DNA from: Azolla caroliniana
Lineage: Eukaryota > Plantae > Polypodiophyta
Length of the DNA: 64,000 nucleotides
Direction of reading: 5' to 3'
Assembly (NCBI GenBank): GCA_043228905.1
Contig: JBHGNT010000014.1
Span: 10,354,001 to 10,418,000, forward strand
Of the stretch, positions 60,442-64,000 are shown in pieces (within the stretch, counting starts at the first letter, position 1; every line of letters starts with the position of its first letter). Both the position numbers and the translations under genes were made by a program. The notes beneath the pieces were generated by a model. That model had not been told where the DNA came from and ran no database searches. It saw only the letters and a list, made by a program, of their open reading frames with translations.

Positions 60442-63400
60442 GAGGTCGACGCCTCTGTGTAATACCGCCGCCTGTGGCGAGGACAGCGAGCTCAAGGTCG
60501 TCGCCTTGCAGCTCGCCATTGTACATTCCCCGTGCATAGTGATAGTTGGAGTCTGAGGACTCCCGTGGTTTTTCCCATTTAGGGTTTTCCACGTAAAACA
60601 TCCTGTGTACTCTTCTCTCTATTGTCTTCGTGCATTTTGTATTTCCTGTTTTCTGTGAGTTGATCCTATTCCTCGGTTGCGGCCGAGCACTGTGTTTAAC
60701 AAACTGGTATCAGAGCAAGGTTAACACAGAAAATGGAAGGCGGCGGTAGTGGGCCTCCGGGCATGATGGTGTTGAACTCACAGAACTACGCCGACTGGAA
60801 GATAAAGATGGAAGACCTTCTCATTGTCCGAGACCTGTACGAACCGATCGACAATGCCGAGATACCCAAGGGGGTAATAGAGTCGGAGTGGAAGCTCCTG
60901 AACCGGAAAGCCGTAGCGACGATCCGACAATATGTCGATGTAAGTGTTCTGCAACATGTGGCGAACGATACGAACGCCTATGAGATGTGGCAGAAGCTGT
61001 CCGGACTGTATGAGAGGAAGAATGCTCTGACCCGGACCTCCCTGATGAGGAAGATAGTGAATCTTAAGTACCGGGACGGCGAGAGCATGGTCGAACACGT
61101 CAGCACGTTCATGGGATTCGTGAACCAGCTTGCGGCGATCAAGTTCCCGTTGGATGACGCAATGCAAGCCATCATGCTGATGTGTACCCTTCCGGAGAGC
61201 TGGGAGAACTTGGTAGTTACTCTCAGCACCTCCTGTAAGGAAGAGAACTTGTCTTTACTAACGGTAAAGACAAGTATTCTAAATGAAGAAGCGCGTCGGA
61301 GAGATAAAGAACCGGCCTCTGACTCGAAGGCGCTGCTTACCGAATCGGAACGGGGAAGACAACGGAACCGAAGTCCGCAAAGACGGGAGAAGTCGGGGAC
61401 ACGGTCGCAGTCGAGGGGAAGACCTACATGCTTCTACTGTGGGAAGCCGGGGCACTTCCAGAAGAACTGTCGGCACTTCCAGAAGAACGGTACCGATTCG
61501 AAGAAGTCACCGGAGCGAAACGGTGCATACCGGGGAGCCACGGACCGGAGAGGTCCGGATCGGCGAGGGCAGGACCGGAAAGGAACGACGGCACTCGCGG
61601 CAAGTGAAGAAGAGATAATGCTCATTACCGAAGTGACGGAGCTAAACCTTGCCGGTGAAGAGATGACCTGGGTGGTTGATTCCGGAGCGTCGTTCCACCT
61701 GACCCCGGAGAAGAAATACTTCTCATCCTACACAGCTGGTGAGCACGGCTGTGTCCGGATGGGAAATGAAGGTACATGCCGGATTGCCGGCATAGGAGAC
61801 GTGTGGCTGATGACATCAACCGGATGCAAGATGCTGCTGAAGGATGTTCGACACGTTCCGGAGGTTCGATTGAACCTGATTTCGGCCGGGAGGCTAGACG
61901 ATGAAGGCTACACGGGTAGCATCCGGAACGGTGTCATGAAGTTCAGCAAAGGGAGCCTGATAGTGGCTCGGGCCCGGAAGGTCAACACACTGTACCTGAT
62001 GAATTCCCGGCTATGTCCGGAGGAGCTGAACGTGGCAGCTGACACTACCGGTGAGCTGTGGCACAAGAGACTGTGCCACATGAGCGAGAAGGGGATGAAG
62101 AGGCTTGCCGAAGACAACCTGATACCGGTAAAGCACGTACAACTGGGGAAGTGTACCGACTGTCTGGCCGGTAAGCAAAACCGGACCTCTTTCCGCTCAA
62201 GACCACCGATGAGACGTAGTGTACCATTGGAGTTGGTACGCACTGATGTGTGTCAGGTAGAAACGAAGTCACATGGCGGAGCCCAGTACTTCGTAACATT
62301 CATAGATGACCATAGCCGGAACCTGTGGACGGCACCGTTGAAGACAAAGGACCAAGTATTGTCCGTCTTCAAAGAACTCCACGCGAGAGTGGAAAGAGAA
62401 TCCGGCAAGAAGCCGAAAGCACTACGAGCGGATAACGGAGGAGAATACCGAGGGCAATTCGAGGAGTATTGCCGTTCGATGGGAATCCGGCTCGAGTTTA
62501 CTGTGCCGAAGACGCCGGAACTGAACGGGCTGCCGAGAGGATGAACTGGACCATAATGGAGAGGGTTCGGAGTATGCTAGCACATGCGAAATTACCCAAG
62601 GGATTTTGGGCTGAGGCAATGTCGACGGCGACATATGTGATAAATAGATCACCCTCAGTACCTTTGGATGGAGACACGCCGCAGAGAGTGTGGACCGGCA
62701 GGGAAGTATCCTACCGGCATCTGAAGGTGTTCGGGTGTCTCGCATATGTGCATGTGGCAAAGGACCGGAGAGGAAAGCTAGATCCAAAGACCCGGCCATG
62801 CATATTCCTCGGTTACGGCGACGACGAGTTCGGCTACCGAGTATGGGACCCGGTCGACAAAAGGATATTCCGGAGTCGTGATATCATCTTCATGGAGGAC
62901 AAGACACTCACCGACTGGGAGTCGGAGAAGAAGATGAAGAGCTCCAAGTCGACCGGTGAGGATCAACTCTACGAGGAGCAGTCCCGACCGGCAAGGGACC
63001 GGTTAGCACTCGAGGATCCGACCGAAGACGGTGAAGAAACAGAACCGGCCGAGGAAGATGAAACTGATACCGGAACCGGCCCCGATCCCGAAATGGATTC
63101 GGATGAAGAGGAAACGGAGGAGCCGGTTACTGAAGCTCCGGAACGGAGATATCCTCTAAGAGAGAGAAGGGCCCCCCGGAGATTTCTGGAACCAGAGCAC
63201 GTGCTGCTAACCGACGAGGGGAAGCCGGAGAGTTTTGAAGAAGCAAAGCTTGACACCCATAGCCGTAGGTGGTTAAGTGCCATGTAGGAGGAGATGGATT
63301 CCCTGCATGAGAACCACACATATGAACTTGTGGAGTTGCCGAAAGGAAAGCGGGCACTTCGAAACAAGTGGGTGTTCAAGCTGAAACCGGGAGATGCCGG

Positions 63401-64000
63401 AAACCCCCCGAGATACAAAGCCAGGATCGTGGTGAAGGGGTTCCAGCAGAAGAAGGGCGTCGACTTCAACGAGATATTTGCCCCGGTAGTGAAGATGACC
63501 TGCATCCGGACGGTGTTGAGCATAGCGGCAAGCATGGACCTCGAGGTAGAACAGATGGACGTGAAGACGGCATTCCTTCACGGTGACCTCGAAGAAGAGA
63601 TCTACATGCAGCAACCGGAAGGATTCGAGAAGAAAGGGAAGGAGCACCTGGTATGCCGGTTGAATAAGAGCCTTTACGGACTGAAGCAGGCTCCCCGGCA
63701 ATGGTACCGGAAGTTCGACTCTTTCATGACCGACGAAGGGTACCACAAAACGCAGTCCGATCACTGCGTGTTTGTGAAGAAGTTCGAAGGAAGAGACTTT
63801 CTAATACTCCTCCTGTACGTGGACGACATGTTGATCGTCGGACGGGACCAGGTCAAGATACGGATGCTGAAGAAAGCGCTTCACCGAACCTTCTCAATGA
63901 AGGACCTGGGTCCGGCGAGGCAAATACTAGGGATGCACATCATCCGGGACCGGAAGAAGAAGCAGTTGTGGCTGTCACAGGAGAAGTACGTGACAAAGGT
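60062..64000 (+). mobile_element. Tnt1/Tork-like Ty1/copia element nested in the LINE; runs off window
   Basis: 5' LTR 60062-60701 with 27-bp repeats, iMet PBS 60705-60716, gag-PR-INT from 60733, frameshift near 62530, TAG at 63285, RT LLYVDDML. Confidence 0.95.

Overview
Eukaryotic land-plant genomic DNA. The element lineages suggest a non-seed plant such as a fern or lycophyte, which is an inference. About 1-47.6 kb is a dense nest of LTR retrotransposons. It holds (i) three copies of a non-chromodomain Ty3/gypsy family, one near-intact and very young (21642-28962) with a 4-bp TSD, a tRNA-Trp PBS and a Gag-PR / RT-RH-INT split joined by a predicted -1 frameshift and pseudoknot; (ii) a near-intact self-priming Tcn1/Tf1-like chromovirus (33496-39162, minus) whose LTRs carry a tRNA-like A-box/B-box module; (iii) Tnt1/Tork-like copia copies; (iv) two copies of a second copia family; and (v) several solo LTRs. 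Everything from about 18.5 to 47.6 kb sits inside one old, degenerate gypsy pol. From 48638 a multi-exon organellar (mitochondrial-type) Lon protease gene runs on the + strand with 19 exons visible; its protease domain lies beyond the window. Its last visible intron holds a LINE 3' portion and a Tork-like copia whose Gag capsid region appears swapped. All calls were made by eye; no database search or folding was run.
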